In this document: piece after piece, positions 62,795 through 64,000 of the stretch
Layout of the letters: the number at the start of each line of letters is the position of its first letter
Position numbering within the stretch: the stretch's first letter is position 1
From: Mobula hypostoma
Lineage: Eukaryota
NCBI RefSeq assembly: GCF_963921235.1
Contig: NC_086097.1
Span: 23,748,001-23,812,000, forward strand
Length of the DNA: 64,000 nt
Reading direction: 5' to 3'
Notes under the pieces: generated by a model
The model's database searches: none
What the model saw: the letters and a program-made list of their open reading frames with translations, nothing else
Told to the model about the DNA's origin: nothing
Position numbers and translations under genes: made by a program

Positions 62795-63275
62795 CAAAGT
62801 CAAAGTAAATTTATTATCAAAATACAGATACATCGCTAGGTACTACCTTGAGATTCATTTTAGCAGGAAAATGAAGAAATACAATACTGATAAACAACCA
62901 ACATGCAAAAGAAGACAAGTTATGCAAATAAAAAATAAATAACACTGAAACATGAGTTGTAAAGTCCTTGAAAGTGAGCCTGATGCTTGTAGGCCAATAA
63001 CTGTTCCTGAACCTGGTGGTGTGAAACCCAAGGCTTTGTACTTTTTGACCGATGGTAATAGCAAGAATAGAGCCTAGCCTTGATGTTGGGGTGGCCTTGA
63101 CAATGGATGCTGTTTTTCTGTGGCAGTACTCCTTGTAGATGAGCCACTCCTTGTGGGTCAGGCTTTGCCTGTGACGGACTGGGCTGCATCCACTATTTTC
63201 TGCAGACTTTTCCATTCCTGGGCACTGGTGTTTCCAGACCTGGCTGTGATGCAGCCAGTTAGGATACTCTCCAAT
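62795..63275 (-). mobile_element. Rex1/Babar fragment
   Basis: LESILTGCITA..GNTSAQEWKSLQKIVDAAQSVTGK; HTTRFRNSY.P. Confidence 0.8.
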
Positions 63276-63717
63276 GTGGAGTGGAGAACGAGTTTGTAAA
63301 TCTGAGGGGAGCAAAGGATTTTGGAAAGGGTGAGGGGTGAATGCCATGGGAGGAGAAGGAGAGCCAGAAGTGCAGAGGTGGTGTGGGTACAGACACACCC
63401 AACCCTGAGACACCAGACGAGGTCATTTGATTCCAAACAACTGGTTTATTGATCATTACAGAATGACTCTCTGGTGCTTCAGACTCCCTCTCCTCTCCCT
63501 TCCCATTTTCCCAACCATGATACCCTTCTCCCTGTCCCCTTCCAACTCTCAGTCCACAACAGAGACCTATATCAGAGTCAGGCTTATCATCATTCACATG
63601 TCATGATTTTTTTTGTGGCAGCAGTACAATGCAATACATAAAATTACAACAGTACTGTGCAAAAGTCTCAGGCATCCTAGCTATAAATATGTGCCTAAGA
63701 CTTTTGCAAAGCACTGA
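63270..63717. mobile_element. Second, left-truncated copy of the mini-Tc1-bracketed composite element
   Basis: Interior matches 53490-53890; terminal hairpin CAGTACTGTGCAAAAGTCTCAGGCA...TGCCTAAGACTTTTGCAAAGCACTG at 63650-63717. Confidence 0.75.
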
Positions 63718-64000
63718 ACCTCTGAAGTCCTCCCTATTCTTACCTCCAATTGACTTCATATTATGCCATTGTGTATTAGACATTTCCACCCCAAGCAAAT
63801 AGCACTAGTTGTCCACTCTATCTATGCCTCTTATCATCTTATCATCTTATACACCTCTATGAAGTCACCTCTCATCCTTCCTTGCTACAAAGTGAAAGGC
63901 TCTAGCCTGACTTTTTGGTTAACTGAGGGCACTCAGATTTAAAGACTGCATTTTTCAATAGTTCCATTTAATATCAGAGAATATACAAAATATACAGCCT

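Overview
This is AT-rich vertebrate genomic DNA. The repeat content (HE1-like V-SINEs, SacSINE1/Deu-like relics, esterase-type CR1, Penelope remnants) points to a cartilaginous fish, probably a ray; that assignment is inference. I could not find a host protein-coding exon, rRNA, true tRNA gene or CRISPR array, so the window looks intronic or intergenic. Most of it is nested transposon debris: one near-complete but broken CR1 LINE (about 5.2-9.4 kb), two other large CR1 copies and many CR1 3' ends, Rex1/Babar fragments, Penelope-like RT and GIY-YIG fragments, Tc1, mariner and hAT MITEs, short RTE-derived elements with clean target-site duplications (TSDs), an RTE-X tail, and an R4/Dong restriction-like-endonuclease fragment that the ORF track misses. 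The most interesting signals are RNA-structural. There is an intact minimal type-I hammerhead ribozyme in a 103-bp insertion (6498-6535, minus), part of a large family of short, often fold-back Penelope-end repeats. A short RTE-type element appears to start at the cleavage site of a degenerate twister ribozyme, and a second one has an HDV-like P1/P3 module at its 5' end. Other points are SINE head swapping, a composite transposon bracketed by mini-Tc1 hairpins, an insect-like Dong element, and several repeat-free islands that may be conserved enhancers. Family names come from motif recognition by eye, with no database search. Boundaries are approximate unless a TSD is quoted.
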